DNA of 62,889 nt, taken from contig NKIB01013186.1 in NCBI GenBank assembly GCA_002256025.1, positions 1 to 62,889 on the forward strand, written 5' to 3'. Positions 1 to 10,518 of the stretch are shown one piece after another. How positions within the stretch are numbered: position 1 is the first letter of the stretch; each line of letters begins with the position of its first letter. A model generated the notes under the pieces. That model was not told the origin of the DNA, did no database searches, and saw nothing but the letters and a program-made list of their open reading frames with translations. Source of the DNA: Asterionella formosa. Taxonomy: Eukaryota. A program made the translations under genes and the position numbers.

Positions 1-112
1 ATACATTATAAAGTAAAACTTAAGAATTTACAAATCTTTTTTAAACATAATTTTTATTGTATATAGTGAACTAATTTCATAATTTGATAAATACTAACTT
101 GATTTAAACTAT
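1..112. repeat. Left copy of terminal inverted repeat (inner end of plastid IR, LSC/IR junction)
   Basis: 1-112 is the exact reverse complement of 62778-62889; identity breaks at 113/62777. Confidence 0.9.
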
Positions 113-1403
113 ATATTGGTATTTTACGCTGTTGAGCTAAACTCTTTAATTTAAAGTTTTGTTTTAAATGTTTTTTTAATCCAATAATTAAACTCGCTTT
201 TCTAATTTCATTAGTTAAAGTAAATTTAAATCCCATTTTTAATAGTACTTCTTTGATTAAATTATTTGATAAAGAATAAGGATAAATAACTAATGTTTTA
301 GATTTTAATTTTAAAGATTTTTCTTTACGTGGTTGATTGATTAAACCCCAATTATTAATTTTTAAATAGTTTTGAGTTTTTATAAGTGAACCAGAGTTTA
401 TTTGAAAACGTTCACTTTTAATTTTCGTTTTTTCGTTTAAATTAAATTGACGAACTTGACCAACTGTATTATCTCCTCTTAAAAATGAATCAATAGATAA
501 CTTTACATCTTCATGAATAGTCCAAGAATTTTGTTGATTAATTTCAATAACTATTTCAAAAGCTGGGTAGGCTTTTCGTTCTAAAATACTTTTTTGAGTT
601 CCTCGTCGTTTTGCCTCATCATCACTTAAAGTTACATACTGAATCCCTCCTATTAAATCTGCTAAAGGTGGGTTTTTAATAAGATTTTCTAAACAATTAC
701 CGTGTGTAGTCCCAACAAGCTGTACACCTTTTTCTGCTATTGTTCTTGCAGCTAAAACTTCTAATTCTGTTCCAATTTCATCGATAATAATAACCTCAGG
801 CATATGATTTTCAACTGCTTCAATCATTATTTGATGTTGAAGTTCAGTTTTTGCTACTTGCATTCTTCTTGCCCGGCCTATACCTGAATGCGGAATATCA
901 CTTTCTCCTGCGATCTCATTTGATGTATCAATAATTATTACTCTTTTTTCCATTTCATCAGCTAAAACTCTAGCAATTTCACGAATAATTGTTGTTTTTC
1001 CAACCCCTGGTTTACCTAAAATTAAAATAGACTGTTCGGATTCTAATAAATCTCTAATGACAGAAATAGTTCCAAATATTGCTCTACCGACTCGACAAGT
1101 TAATCCATTAATTAAAAATTGTCGATTCCTTATACAACTTATCCTATGTAGAGTTCTTTCTATTCCAGCTCTATTTTCAGTACTAAATTTACTAACTCTT
1201 TTTGTAGTGTAGTCTAAATCTTGCCAAGAAACTAATTTTTGAGATAAGTATTCAGGACCAGTTCTAAATCTAGCTTCGGGTCGACGACCGAGGTCCAAAA
1301 CAATTTCAATAATTTGATCTTTATAAATATGAGTATTTAAATGGTAGTGAAGAAAAAACGGTAATTTTTCAATTAATTTTTCTAAATCGTCATTGGTAGT
1401 CAT
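54..1403 (-). CDS. ycf45: Ycf45, AAA-type ATPase (SpoIIIAA-like) of unknown function
   Basis: 449 aa; [26 protein letters not shown], Walker [18 protein letters not shown]. Confidence 0.93.
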   Translation of the reverse strand: MTTNDDLEKLIEKLPFFLHYHLNTHIYKDQIIEIVLDLGRRPEARFRTGPEYLSQKLVSWQDLDYTTKRVSKFSTENRAGIERTLHRISCIRNRQFLINGLTCRVGRAIFGTISVIRDLLESEQSILILGKPGVGKTTIIREIARVLADEMEKRVIIIDTSNEIAGESDIPHSGIGRARRMQVAKTELQHQIMIEAVENHMPEVIIIDEIGTELEVLAARTIAEKGVQLVGTTHGNCLENLIKNPPLADLIGGIQYVTLSDDEAKRRGTQKSILERKAYPAFEIVIEINQQNSWTIHEDVKLSIDSFLRGDNTVGQVRQFNLNEKTKIKSERFQINSGSLIKTQNYLKINNWGLINQPRKEKSLKLKSKTLVIYPYSLSNNLIKEVLLKMGFKFTLTNEIRKASLIIGLKKHLKQNFKLKSLAQQRKIPIYSLNQVSIYQIMKLVHYIQ

Positions 1404-1526
1404 TAAAGAAGAATCCTATTCAAAGATAATTTCATCTGAAGTAAAAATATTTATAATAAATTTTTTTAATTATTTATAGTGTATTATAAACTCAAGTTTA
1501 ATAAATAACGAAAAAATTTTGGAATA

Positions 1527-1582
1527 ATTTCCTTGATTGAATCTTTTTCTTAGGAATAATAAAAAGATTCAATCAAGGAAAT
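1527..1582. terminator. Hairpin downstream of rpl20
   Basis: 22-bp perfect arms ATTTCCTTGATTGAATCTTTTT / AAAAAGATTCAATCAAGGAAAT, 12-nt loop. Confidence 0.7.
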
Positions 1583-1673
1583 CAACATAAATAAAATTGT
1601 CTACAGATTTACTGTAATTTTATAAAGTTTATTATCTTAAGTATGCTTAAATTTTATTTCTGACAATTAGATA

Positions 1674-2027
1674 TTACCCTAATTGTAATGTTGAATTAAT
1701 TAGTAATTTAAAAGTTAAACTATCTAAAATTGCAATTTGTGATAACATCTTGCGATTTAAATCAATATTTGATTTTTTAAATTTATTAATTAATTGACTG
1801 TAAGAGATTCCATTTAATCTTGAGGCTGCATTAATACGATTGATCCAGATTCTTCTAAACACTCTTTTTTTCTCTTTACGTCCAACATATGAATATCTTA
1901 ATGCTTTCATTACTTGTTGATTTGCTACACGAAAAAGAGCAGAATGTGCTCCTCTGTAACCACTAGCTAGTGATAAGATTTTTTTACGACGCTTTCTAGC
2001 AACATTACCACGTTTAACTCTAACCAT
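1674..2027 (-). CDS. rpl20: 50S ribosomal protein L20
   Basis: [18 protein letters not shown]...[10 protein letters not shown]...[10 protein letters not shown]. Confidence 0.98.
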   Translation of the reverse strand: MVRVKRGNVARKRRKKILSLASGYRGAHSALFRVANQQVMKALRYSYVGRKEKKRVFRRIWINRINAASRLNGISYSQLINKFKKSNIDLNRKMLSQIAILDSLTFKLLINSTLQLG

Positions 2028-2054
2028 ATTATTTTATTTTATATGTATTTAATT

Positions 2055-2252
2055 TTATGCGTAAGGCATCATTAACTTAATTGCTCTTTGATCTCTCGAA
2101 TTTACACAAATAACCTGTGATAATTTTCGTTTTTGTTTATTTGATTTTCTCATTAAAAGATGGCCTTTGAAAGCATGTCGACGAGTTATATTACCATTTC
2201 CAGTAAATTTATAACGCTTAGCTGCAGCTTTTCGGGTTTTTAATTTTGGCAT
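2055..2252 (-). CDS. rpl35: 50S ribosomal protein L35
   Basis: MPKLKTRKAAAKRYKFTG; upstream of rpl20. Confidence 0.98.
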   Translation of the reverse strand: MPKLKTRKAAAKRYKFTGNGNITRRHAFKGHLLMRKSNKQKRKLSQVICVNSRDQRAIKLMMPYA

Positions 2253-2414
2253 AAAAATTTAATTTAAATTTTAGACGATTGAAATATAGAATTTGATGAC
2301 CCTTTTTCGAATCAACTGAAAAAGCTTTCCAGAATTTTTTTTAAGGAACTAGATTGATTTCAAAACTTAAACAAGTTTAGTAAGACTCTAACTATGTAGT
2401 AAATTATTCTCAGT

Positions 2415-2443
2415 ATACTAATTAATTCTATTTTATTTGTCAA
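2415..2443 (-). promoter_or_regulatory. Sigma70-type promoter candidate for rpl35-rpl20
   Basis: TTGACA-N17-TAGTAT on minus strand. Confidence 0.55.
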
Positions 2444-2570
2444 CAATAAATAACTGTATATAAAAGAAGTTATTAAAGTCTAATAAAGAATAAGCTTTTA
2501 AGATTACTCTAACTTTAGTAAGACACTAAAAAGTATAAATATCAAAAAGGATAATTAAAAATAAAAAGAT

Positions 2571-2720
2571 GGAGATAAATTAATGTTATATTTTTTCGTA
2601 TTTATAATTTTAGGATTTAAAAGAAAATTAATACATAAGGTTTTTATTAATTTAGAAACTTTTGTAGAAATATTGATTCAATTTTTAAGCTTACTTATGG
2701 TAAAAATTTTTAAAAGTTAA
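2571..2720 (+). pseudogene. Possible decayed remnant of bas1/ycf42 (peroxiredoxin-like); 45-aa ORF 2583-2720
   Basis: Lies in the rpl35-psaE spacer; GGAG upstream of ATG; MLYFF...ETFVEILIQFLSL weakly collinear by eye with the peroxiredoxin N-terminal segment. Confidence 0.25.
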
Positions 2721-2737
2721 TTTATAAAAAACAATAA

Positions 2738-2777
2738 AAAACAGTAGAGGCAATATTTAGTATTACCTCACTGTTTT
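2738..2777. terminator. Hairpin downstream of psaE
   Basis: AAAACAGTAGAGGCAATA...TATTACCTCACTGTTTT imperfect inverted repeat. Confidence 0.65.
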
Positions 2778-2802
2778 AATAATAATTTCGATTTTTAAAA
2801 AA

Positions 2803-3003
2803 TTATTTTTCTTGGTCCTGAACTTCAATTAATTCATCCAATGCAAAATTATTAGTATTTGTTCCACTATAATTTACACTTTCAAAACGAACAACAACTG
2901 GATAACGAATACCACTTTGATCTACAACTGCAACTGTTCCAACTTCATTTACCCAATAAGACTCGGGTCTAAGAATCCGAACTTTTGAACCACGGTTTAT
3001 CAT
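2803..3003 (-). CDS. psaE: Photosystem I subunit IV
   Basis: [14 protein letters not shown]...[15 protein letters not shown]. Confidence 0.98.
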   Translation of the reverse strand: MINRGSKVRILRPESYWVNEVGTVAVVDQSGIRYPVVVRFESVNYSGTNTNNFALDELIEVQDQEK

Positions 3004-3161
3004 ATTATTTTTATATTTTATAAGTATATAGTAATTAACATTATATTATATTTACTACATTTAAATAAGATAGTTCTTAAAAGTGTTGGTTTGATAAGTT
3101 AAAATATGTTATTATATTTTTAAGATCAAAATTAAATAATTAACTATAGTAATAAAATAAA

Positions 3162-5054
3162 ATGGATCGTAATTTGCTACAAAAAATTTTAATAGCTTTA
3201 TTTTTAATTGCCTCTCTTATTGTAGGAGCAAAAACATTTACCTTTGGTAATTTTGCAAAAACAGAAGTTCGAAATGAAAAGCTTGAGGTTAACTCAACAT
3301 TAAGTAGTTCAAGAATGACATATGGAAGATTTTTAGAATATCTAGAAATGGGCTGGGTTAAACAAGTTGATTTATATGATAATAGTAGAAATGCTATTGT
3401 TCAAGCATCTAGTCCAGAATTAGGTAATCGTCCTCAAGCAATTCGTGTTGAAATTCCAGTTGGTGCATCACAATTAATTCAAAAACTAAAAGAGTATAAT
3501 ATAGATTTTGACGCTCATCCAATTCCAAGAAAAAGTATTTTTATAATGATTGCAAGTAATCTATTATTACCATTAATTTTTATTGGTGGTTTAATATTTT
3601 TCTTCCAGAATTCTGAGAATTTCTCACAAAATTCAGGTTCCGGACCAATGAATTTAGGAAAATCACCTGCAAAATTTGAGCAAAGACCTGATACTGGCAT
3701 TACATTTGATGATATTGCAGGAATTGATGAGGCAAAGGCTGAGTTTGAAGAAATTGTATCATTTTTAAAAGAACCTGATAAATATACACGTGTAGGGGCA
3801 AAAATCCCAAAAGGTGTATTACTAATTGGACCTCCGGGTACAGGAAAAACCTTATTAGCAAAAGCAATTGCCAATGAAGCAAATGTACCATTCTTTAGTG
3901 TAGCAGGTTCAGAATTTGTCGAAATGTTTATTGGTATTGGTGCAGCTAGAATAAGAGATTTATTTAAAAAAGCATCAGAAAATACACCATGTATTGTATT
4001 TATTGATGAAATTGATGCAGTTGGTCGTGAACGAGGATCAGGTGTTGGAGGTGGTAATGATGAAAGAGAGCAAACCTTAAATCAATTATTAACTGAAATG
4101 GATGGCTTTAAAGAGAATAAAGGTGTAATTGTAGTTGGTGCTACTAATCGAGTTGATATTTTAGATGCTGCTTTACTAAGACCTGGAAGATTTGATCGAC
4201 AAATTACTGTTGGTCTACCTGATCGATTAGGTAGAATTGGTATTCTAAAAGTTCATGCGAAAAATAAACCATTTGATGACGATGTTTCATTAGTTCAATT
4301 AGCTAATCGTACACCAGGCTTTTCAGGTGCCGATTTAGCAAACCTATTAAATGAATCAGCAATTTTAGCAACTCGATATAAACAAGAAACAATCACTAAA
4401 AAAGAGGTAAATGAAGCAGCAGATCGTATTATCGGGGGTATCGCTGGAACAACCATGGAAGATACTAAAAACAAAAAATTAATTGCTTATCATGAAGTTG
4501 GTCATGCAATTATTGGATCACTATTACAATATCATGATGAAGTTGAAAAAATTACGTTAATTCCTCGTGGAGGAGCAAAAGGTTTAACCTGGTTTACTCC
4601 AAACGAGGATCAAGGTTTAGTGACTCGTTCACAATTATTAGCACGTATTGTTTCAACTCTTGGTGGTCGAGTTACAGAACAAATTGTTTTTGGTGACCCA
4701 GAAGTTACAACTGGAGCTAGTAATGATTTACAACAAATTACTAGTATTGCGCGTCAAATGGTTACTCGTTATGGTATGTCAAATATTGGGCCGATTGCTC
4801 TGGAAGATGATGATAATGAGCAAATGTTTACAAGCACAGGAGATTCTGAATATAATGAAAATCTTGCTGACCGTATTGATACCGAAGTTTGTAAAATTAT
4901 TAATTATTGCGAAAATCTTGCAACCAAAATGATTTTAGATAATCGAACGATTATTGATTTGGCAGTAGAAAAATTATTAGAAGTAGAAACATTAGATGGT
5001 GAAGATTTTAGAGAATTAGTTAAGCAATATACAATATTACCGACTAAACTTTAA
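3162..5054 (+). CDS. ftsH: ATP-dependent zinc metalloprotease FtsH
   Basis: 630 aa; [13 protein letters not shown] zinc motif, N-terminal TM segments. Confidence 0.98.
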   Translation: MDRNLLQKILIALFLIASLIVGAKTFTFGNFAKTEVRNEKLEVNSTLSSSRMTYGRFLEYLEMGWVKQVDLYDNSRNAIVQASSPELGNRPQAIRVEIPVGASQLIQKLKEYNIDFDAHPIPRKSIFIMIASNLLLPLIFIGGLIFFFQNSENFSQNSGSGPMNLGKSPAKFEQRPDTGITFDDIAGIDEAKAEFEEIVSFLKEPDKYTRVGAKIPKGVLLIGPPGTGKTLLAKAIANEANVPFFSVAGSEFVEMFIGIGAARIRDLFKKASENTPCIVFIDEIDAVGRERGSGVGGGNDEREQTLNQLLTEMDGFKENKGVIVVGATNRVDILDAALLRPGRFDRQITVGLPDRLGRIGILKVHAKNKPFDDDVSLVQLANRTPGFSGADLANLLNESAILATRYKQETITKKEVNEAADRIIGGIAGTTMEDTKNKKLIAYHEVGHAIIGSLLQYHDEVEKITLIPRGGAKGLTWFTPNEDQGLVTRSQLLARIVSTLGGRVTEQIVFGDPEVTTGASNDLQQITSIARQMVTRYGMSNIGPIALEDDDNEQMFTSTGDSEYNENLADRIDTEVCKIINYCENLATKMILDNRTIIDLAVEKLLEVETLDGEDFRELVKQYTILPTKL

Positions 5055-5107
5055 TAATTATTATATTCTTTGATTTTAATCAAAGAATATAATAATTATT
5101 AAAGTTT
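5046..5107. terminator. Long hairpin between convergent ftsH and psaJ, overlapping the ftsH stop
   Basis: 30-bp perfect arms 5046-5075 / 5078-5107. Confidence 0.75.
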
Positions 5108-5163
5108 GTCTTTTAAATCGGAAAGGAAAAATATCTAACAAAAGTATAAAAGTAACTTAAAAT

Positions 5164-5289
5164 TTAGAAATATAAACCTAACATATCAGGGAAGAATCTG
5201 TTTATTTCAATAATAAATCCAGCAGTAAAAGTCATCCAAATTGTTAAAAGAACTGGTGCTGTTGATAAATATTTCTGCAAGTTTTCCAT
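5164..5289 (-). CDS. psaJ: Photosystem I subunit IX
   Basis: Manual translation [41 protein letters not shown]; follows psaF. Confidence 0.96.
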   Translation of the reverse strand: MENLQKYLSTAPVLLTIWMTFTAGFIIEINRFFPDMLGLYF

Positions 5290-5330
5290 AAATAGTTTAA
5301 TTATTTAAAAAATAAAGTTAATGAATTTCT

Positions 5331-5888
5331 TTAACGTGGTGAAACAGTTATTTCTGAATCTGGAGCCACTAATTCATTGCTAATTAATTCTTGCCAAGCT
5401 GAAACTGGCCAAATATAACCAGTTGTCATAATTTTTAATGCTAATGGAACATTAATTATAATTTCACTTTCACTAGGATTTTTACTTGTGCTTACTGCAC
5501 GTAGATATTTACGGCCAACCCAACCAATCCAACCAGAAATGTAAATAAACCCAAAACCGGGAATAATAAATTCTGCAGCATGACTCCAACGACCATCAGC
5601 GATTAAATGAGGTAAACCATCTGTTCCACATAATAATTCGGATTTACTATATTTTGCAAATCTAGCTTCGGTACGATCAATTTGTTGTTTTAATGATAAA
5701 GCAGGTGGAGAATCTACTTCATATTTAGTGATTCTTTGTTCTAGTTTTTTTACACTAGCTTTTAAACGTTTATTAAAAGCGGGAGAATCACTACATTTTG
5801 TTAAACCACCAATATCTGCTAATGCAGTTTTCGGGGTAAATATTAAAAAGGCAATAAGAATTAATTCTATTAAATTAATGCGTTTCAT
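5331..5888 (-). CDS. psaF: Photosystem I subunit III
   Basis: GLTKCSDSPAF, LCGTDGLPHLI, C-terminal ITVSPR. Confidence 0.98.
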   Translation of the reverse strand: MKRINLIELILIAFLIFTPKTALADIGGLTKCSDSPAFNKRLKASVKKLEQRITKYEVDSPPALSLKQQIDRTEARFAKYSKSELLCGTDGLPHLIADGRWSHAAEFIIPGFGFIYISGWIGWVGRKYLRAVSTSKNPSESEIIINVPLALKIMTTGYIWPVSAWQELISNELVAPDSEITVSPR

Positions 5889-6038
5889 AACAAAAAAATT
5901 AAAATTATTGGTTTGGTAAAAAATTTCTGAGAGTTATAATAAACAATATATATAGTATTATAAAAACATTAAAATTTGATAAGTTTTTAATGTTAAAACA
6001 AATTAAACGAAAAAATAATTTTTTTTTAATAATTTTTA

Positions 6039-6089
6039 AAATCTTTTTAAAAGTCATATCTAAATTAGATATGACTTTTAAAAAGATTT
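6039..6089. terminator. Hairpin downstream of psbI
   Basis: 25-bp perfect arms 6039-6063 / 6065-6089. Confidence 0.7.
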
Positions 6090-6091
6090 GA

Positions 6092-6208
6092 CTACTCAAG
6101 ATCTTTACGGTTTGGATTTCTTGATGGATCACTTGAAAGAAACCCAAAAATAAATAACGAAACAAAAAAGATAATTGTTGTATAAACTAAAATTTTTAGA
6201 GTTAACAT
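6092..6208 (-). CDS. psbI: Photosystem II protein I
   Basis: Manual translation [38 protein letters not shown]. Confidence 0.97.
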   Translation of the reverse strand: MLTLKILVYTTIIFFVSLFIFGFLSSDPSRNPNRKDLE

Positions 6209-6318
6209 TTTATTTTTCCTAGAGACTATTTTTAATAATATTAATTATACTAAAATATAAGAAATGTGAATTATTTAATTAAAAAATTTATTTAAATTCT
6301 TTTAAAAAACTTATGATA

Positions 6319-6645
6319 TTAAGAAGATTTAATATTTAAAAAAAGAGGGAAAATTTTAAAAACGTTAACTTGTAAAAATTCTTTTGTAAGAGATTTTTGA
6401 GAAAAAGATTTTCTAATAGATAAATAACCTTCAATCAAAACATAATCATTAATACGATAATATTTAACAATATCGTTCGCTAAATTACCTGATACAAAAA
6501 CTGTTAAAATAGTTTTAGATTGTTTAATACGTAATTGAGATAATTGAACTCTAAATTTAGTATATGGAATTTGAGTTTTATTTAACTCAATAACTGGAAT
6601 TTCTAGTACACGAACAATTCCCCCAATATAATTTATATCACCCAT
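6319..6645 (-). CDS. ycf41: Ycf41, putative single-stranded DNA-binding (OB-fold) protein
   Basis: 108 aa; INYIGGIVRVLE, GNLANDIVKYYRINDYVLIEGYL; lies between ycf39 and psbI. Confidence 0.85.
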   Translation of the reverse strand: MGDINYIGGIVRVLEIPVIELNKTQIPYTKFRVQLSQLRIKQSKTILTVFVSGNLANDIVKYYRINDYVLIEGYLSIRKSFSQKSLTKEFLQVNVFKIFPLFLNIKSS

Positions 6646-6648
6646 AAA

Positions 6649-7608
6649 TTAAATAATTAGATTTTTCTGTTTTTGAACATCTTCAAAGTTAATATCTCGT
6701 AATCGTTTTAATAAACGAATAAAATACTCTAAGAAATAATCATCTAATTGAATAATTTCCGAAGGGTCAACTTTAAACATTTTATATAATTCAAAAGTTG
6801 ATTTTGAAAAATTGTTTTCAATGTTAAGAATATCAACGAATGCTAATCTATCACTAATATTTTGACCCCATTCAAAAAACCCAAAAAAGTTGCTTACTAA
6901 TTTTAAAATAAATGAAGAAACTTTTTGTACTTTAGCAGATTGTCCTGCAAGTTGTTCACAAAGATTTATAATTTCTGTGGATACCCACCCTTTTAAACCA
7001 CTTAAAAAAAAGGTCTCATTTATAGTTTTAGGTAACTGTAGAGATCGTAAACAAAATTTTGCAATATCTTGTGTATCCATATAGGATACATAAATATTTT
7101 CATTAGTCACCCAAATGGGTAAATTCTCTAAAATTGGAATAGCATATTGTTCTATTAAACCTTGATAAAAACCAGGTAATCGAAAAATAGTATATGGAAT
7201 AGTTGAATTTTTCAATTTACATTCAATTCCATACTTTAGTTTCATTAAAGGAATATTTTTAAATTGTTCAACATTTTGTGCTGAAAAAAATATAAAACGT
7301 TGAATATTTGCAGCTTCCGCAGCTTCAATTAAATATAGTTTACCTTCCCAATCAACATTTTTTAAAGAATCAAGTTCAGTGGGACGACTAGTTGAAGCAT
7401 CAATAATTGCACTAATACCTTTTAAACAAGGTGGAATTGTTTCAGGTTTTGCTAAATCTCCATAAACTAATTCAACGCCCCATTCTTTTAAAAAATTGGC
7501 TTTACGAAAATTTCTAACTAAACAACGTACTTGATATCCTTTGGTTAAAGCTTGAAGAACAATTTGTCTACCTAATGTACCTGTTCCACCTATAATAAGT
7601 AAGCTCAT
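6649..7608 (-). CDS. ycf39: Ycf39, atypical SDR / NAD(P)-binding PSII assembly factor
   Basis: MSLLIIGGTGTLGRQIV...FLKEWGVELVYGDL. Confidence 0.96.
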   Translation of the reverse strand: MSLLIIGGTGTLGRQIVLQALTKGYQVRCLVRNFRKANFLKEWGVELVYGDLAKPETIPPCLKGISAIIDASTSRPTELDSLKNVDWEGKLYLIEAAEAANIQRFIFFSAQNVEQFKNIPLMKLKYGIECKLKNSTIPYTIFRLPGFYQGLIEQYAIPILENLPIWVTNENIYVSYMDTQDIAKFCLRSLQLPKTINETFFLSGLKGWVSTEIINLCEQLAGQSAKVQKVSSFILKLVSNFFGFFEWGQNISDRLAFVDILNIENNFSKSTFELYKMFKVDPSEIIQLDDYFLEYFIRLLKRLRDINFEDVQKQKNLII

Positions 7609-7641
7609 ATTTTTTCTGTTTAGTTTTTGTTAATGAGATTT

Positions 7642-8511
7642 TTAATCAAAAACTGTACTTTGTAAAATGTCATCAGCTTCTAGATTAACTAATTCTTTTT
7701 TCGTTAATACTTGACCACGGCTATCAAAAATACGGTTTGCTTGACGCATTCTAGCACGATCTAAAGCATTTTTAACACTTCGTGCATTTGCGAATAATGG
7801 TTTTTCTTTTCTTTTTGTAATGTAACTAGTCAGAGCAATTTCGGCATCTATTGTTAATTGATATTGCTGTTCTTCCAACATTAATTTTGCAATTTTTAAT
7901 AATTCATCAACAGTATAATCTGGAAAATCAATATGATTTGCAATTCGAGAGGATAATCCTGGGTTTGATTCATAGAATTTATCCATGGGTTCTTTATAAC
8001 CTGCTAAAATTACTACTAACTCATCACGTTGATTCTCCATAACTTGTAATAAAATTTCAATAGCTTCTGAACCATAATCACGTTCATTATCAGGTTTATA
8101 CAAATAATATGCTTCATCAATAAACAATACGCCACCCATCGCTTTTTTTAAAACTTCTTTAGTTTTAGGTGCAGTATGTCCAATGTATTGACCCACTAAA
8201 TCATCACGAGTTACAGTTAAAAGGTGACCTTTTTGAATGTAACCTAGTTGATATAAAATATCAGCCATTTTTAATCCAACAGTTGTTTTTCCAGTTCCTG
8301 GACTTCCTGTAAATGACATATGTAAACCTGGGTTTGCTGAACTAATACCTAGATTTTTTCTTAATTTATCGATTAATAATAAAGCTGCAATTTCTCGAAT
8401 ACGTGCTTTTACGGGTGCTAAACCAACTAATTCATCATTTAATAGATTTAAAATTTTTGCAATTTCTGTTTTAGCATACTCTTCTTGCAAATTTATAGGA
8501 GTTCTATTCAT
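7642..8511 (-). CDS. cbbX: Red-type Rubisco activase CbbX (CfxQ)
   Basis: [34 protein letters not shown]. Confidence 0.98.
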   Translation of the reverse strand: MNRTPINLQEEYAKTEIAKILNLLNDELVGLAPVKARIREIAALLLIDKLRKNLGISSANPGLHMSFTGSPGTGKTTVGLKMADILYQLGYIQKGHLLTVTRDDLVGQYIGHTAPKTKEVLKKAMGGVLFIDEAYYLYKPDNERDYGSEAIEILLQVMENQRDELVVILAGYKEPMDKFYESNPGLSSRIANHIDFPDYTVDELLKIAKLMLEEQQYQLTIDAEIALTSYITKRKEKPLFANARSVKNALDRARMRQANRIFDSRGQVLTKKELVNLEADDILQSTVFD

Positions 8512-8600
8512 AAATACAAATTTATATAATTAAAATTTAATAAAATACTTTATATATTAAATCAGTTTAACTGTAACCGATTTAATATCTTCTTATACAC

Positions 8601-9059
8601 TTAATTTATTGTAAAGGTTGGAATACTAGAGAGACAAATAAATGCGAATCCAGCGCTCCCACAAGCACCTACAAAAAAACCACCTTTAAATTGATCCCAC
8701 GCTTTTCGTGATTGTAAATTAGTTCCAGAATTTGACTCTTCTACAGCTGTTTGACCAAAAGTAGCTATACCGTAAATTGTTAAACCTAAAGTTAAAATTA
8801 CAATTAAACCAATTGTTGACATAAAACCGGCAAGTAACCCAATATCTGAATCCCTTAACGGACCTAATTTAACGAAAGGACCCATTAAAAAATATCCATG
8901 TGCTAAACCAATTTCTAAACCTCGTAATAATGGAGTTAATCCAAATCGATAAGCTGGCAAATTCTGTAAAATTCCGCGTGTTATAGCGGATGATGTGATT
9001 GGCGTTGCTAAATGACCTACAAAAGGATCATCATTGTACGGTTTAATAAAATTAGCCAT
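8601..9059 (-). CDS. psaL: Photosystem I subunit XI
   Basis: [24 protein letters not shown]. Confidence 0.98.
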   Translation of the reverse strand: MANFIKPYNDDPFVGHLATPITSSAITRGILQNLPAYRFGLTPLLRGLEIGLAHGYFLMGPFVKLGPLRDSDIGLLAGFMSTIGLIVILTLGLTIYGIATFGQTAVEESNSGTNLQSRKAWDQFKGGFFVGACGSAGFAFICLSSIPTFTIN

Positions 9060-9238
9060 AAATTTCTTTTAAATTTTAATGAAATTAATAATAAAAGTCT
9101 TTGATTAAGTAGATGATAGATGGATAAATTTATTCAAAATTTTTACCAACCAAAATTTTTTTATATATTACTATATAATATATACTAATATATAGAAAAA
9201 TTTTTATAAACTTCAATTTAATAAGATAAGCAACATTT

Positions 9239-9334
9239 ATGGCAGTTACTATTGATTACTTTTTATTACTTGGGTTTTGTTTCGCATTAACATCAGGTTT
9301 ATTCTTAGGTTTAAAATCAATTAAATTAATCTAA
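9239..9334 (+). CDS. petL: Cytochrome b6f subunit VI
   Basis: Manual translation MAVTIDYFLLLGFCFALTSGLFLGLKSIKLI. Confidence 0.92.
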   Translation: MAVTIDYFLLLGFCFALTSGLFLGLKSIKLI

Positions 9335-9356
9335 ATTTTTAATAAAGTGTAAAATA

Positions 9357-9902
9357 ATGCAAAATGAAATTCGTCAAGATATAATTGTTGGGTCTAGACG
9401 TTTTAGTAACTATTTTTGGGGAACTTTATTATTATTAGGTGGTTTAAGTTTTTTACTTGCAGGTATTTCAAGTTATTTTGGTATTAATCTTTTACCTTTC
9501 TCTAATCCAAAAGAATTAGTTTTTATTCCACAAGGTTTAGTTATGATGTTTTACGGAACATTCAGTTTAGGTATTAGTCTTTACATCCTATTCACAGTTC
9601 TTTTAGATATTGGAGGTGGGTATAATGAGTATAATAAACTTGAAAATCTTGTGAAAATCGTTCGAAAAGGATTTCCTGGAAAAAATCGTGAAATTTTTTT
9701 AACTTATCCATTAGCAAATATTAGAGCAATTGGAATAAAGATCACAGAAGGCCTAAATCCAACTCGTAGCATATACTTATGTTTGAAAGATGAAAGAAAT
9801 ATACCTTTAACGCCAGTTCAACAACCTGTTGCTATTTCAGACTTAGAAGAAAATGCGGCAGATTTAGCCAAATTTTTAGATTTAAAATTAGAAAATTTAT
9901 AA
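9357..9902 (+). CDS. ycf4: Photosystem I assembly protein Ycf4
   Basis: GSRRFSNYFW, FIPQGLVMMFYG, RKGFPGKNR. Confidence 0.98.
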   Translation: MQNEIRQDIIVGSRRFSNYFWGTLLLLGGLSFLLAGISSYFGINLLPFSNPKELVFIPQGLVMMFYGTFSLGISLYILFTVLLDIGGGYNEYNKLENLVKIVRKGFPGKNREIFLTYPLANIRAIGIKITEGLNPTRSIYLCLKDERNIPLTPVQQPVAISDLEENAADLAKFLDLKLENL

Positions 9903-9947
9903 CATTTTATTGCTTTTTATACCCGCATAATTTTATAATTTATCTAT

Positions 9948-10018
9948 GCGGGCATAGTTTAGTGGTAAAACCTTAGCCTTCCAAGCTAACGATGGGGGTT
10001 CGATTCCCCCTGCCCGCT
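9948..10018 (+). tRNA. trnG: tRNA-Gly(UCC)
   Basis: GCGGGCA...CCTTCCAAG...GGTTCGATTCC...TGCCCGCT cloverleaf. Confidence 0.95.
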
Positions 10019-10074
10019 TTTATTAGAACTTAAGAATGAGCAACAATCTTTTTTTATAGGAGCATATTACAGTT

Positions 10075-10329
10075 ATGTCTGGTGGTTCTACGGGCGAACG
10101 TCCATTCTCTGATATCATTACTAGTGTACGCTATTGGATTATTCATAGTATTACAATTCCCTCCCTTTTTGTATCTGGCTGGTTATTTGTTAGTACAGGC
10201 TTAGCATACGATGTATTTGGAACTCCGCGTCCAAATGAATACTTTACGCAAGATCGTCAACAAGTTCCATTAGTAAATGATCGTTTTAGTGCTAAACAAG
10301 AATTAGAAGATTTAACTAAAGGTTTATAA
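10075..10329 (+). CDS. psbE: Cytochrome b559 alpha
   Basis: [29 protein letters not shown]. Confidence 0.99.
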   Translation: MSGGSTGERPFSDIITSVRYWIIHSITIPSLFVSGWLFVSTGLAYDVFGTPRPNEYFTQDRQQVPLVNDRFSAKQELEDLTKGL

Positions 10330-10344
10330 CGAGGTATAATAAAA

Positions 10345-10476
10345 ATGGCAAAAAATATTAATCAACCTGTAGCATACCCAATTTTTACTTTTCGTTGGTT
10401 AGCAATTCATGGTTTAGCAGTACCCACAGTTTTCTTTTTAGGTGGTATTACTGCTATGCAATTTATTCAACGATAA
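10345..10476 (+). CDS. psbF: Cytochrome b559 beta
   Basis: Manual translation [43 protein letters not shown]. Confidence 0.97.
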   Translation: MAKNINQPVAYPIFTFRWLAIHGLAVPTVFFLGGITAMQFIQR

Positions 10477-10518
10477 ATCCAAATCATATAAAGATAAAAT
10501 AGATACGAGGTAAATATT

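Noticed and set aside
5905..6165. 86-aa ORF in the ORF track
   Set aside because: Overlaps psbI in another frame and runs through a terminator hairpin and AT-rich spacer; no recognisable motif.
7642..8511. cbbX separated from rbcL-rbcS as a novelty
   Set aside because: This is the usual arrangement in diatom plastomes.
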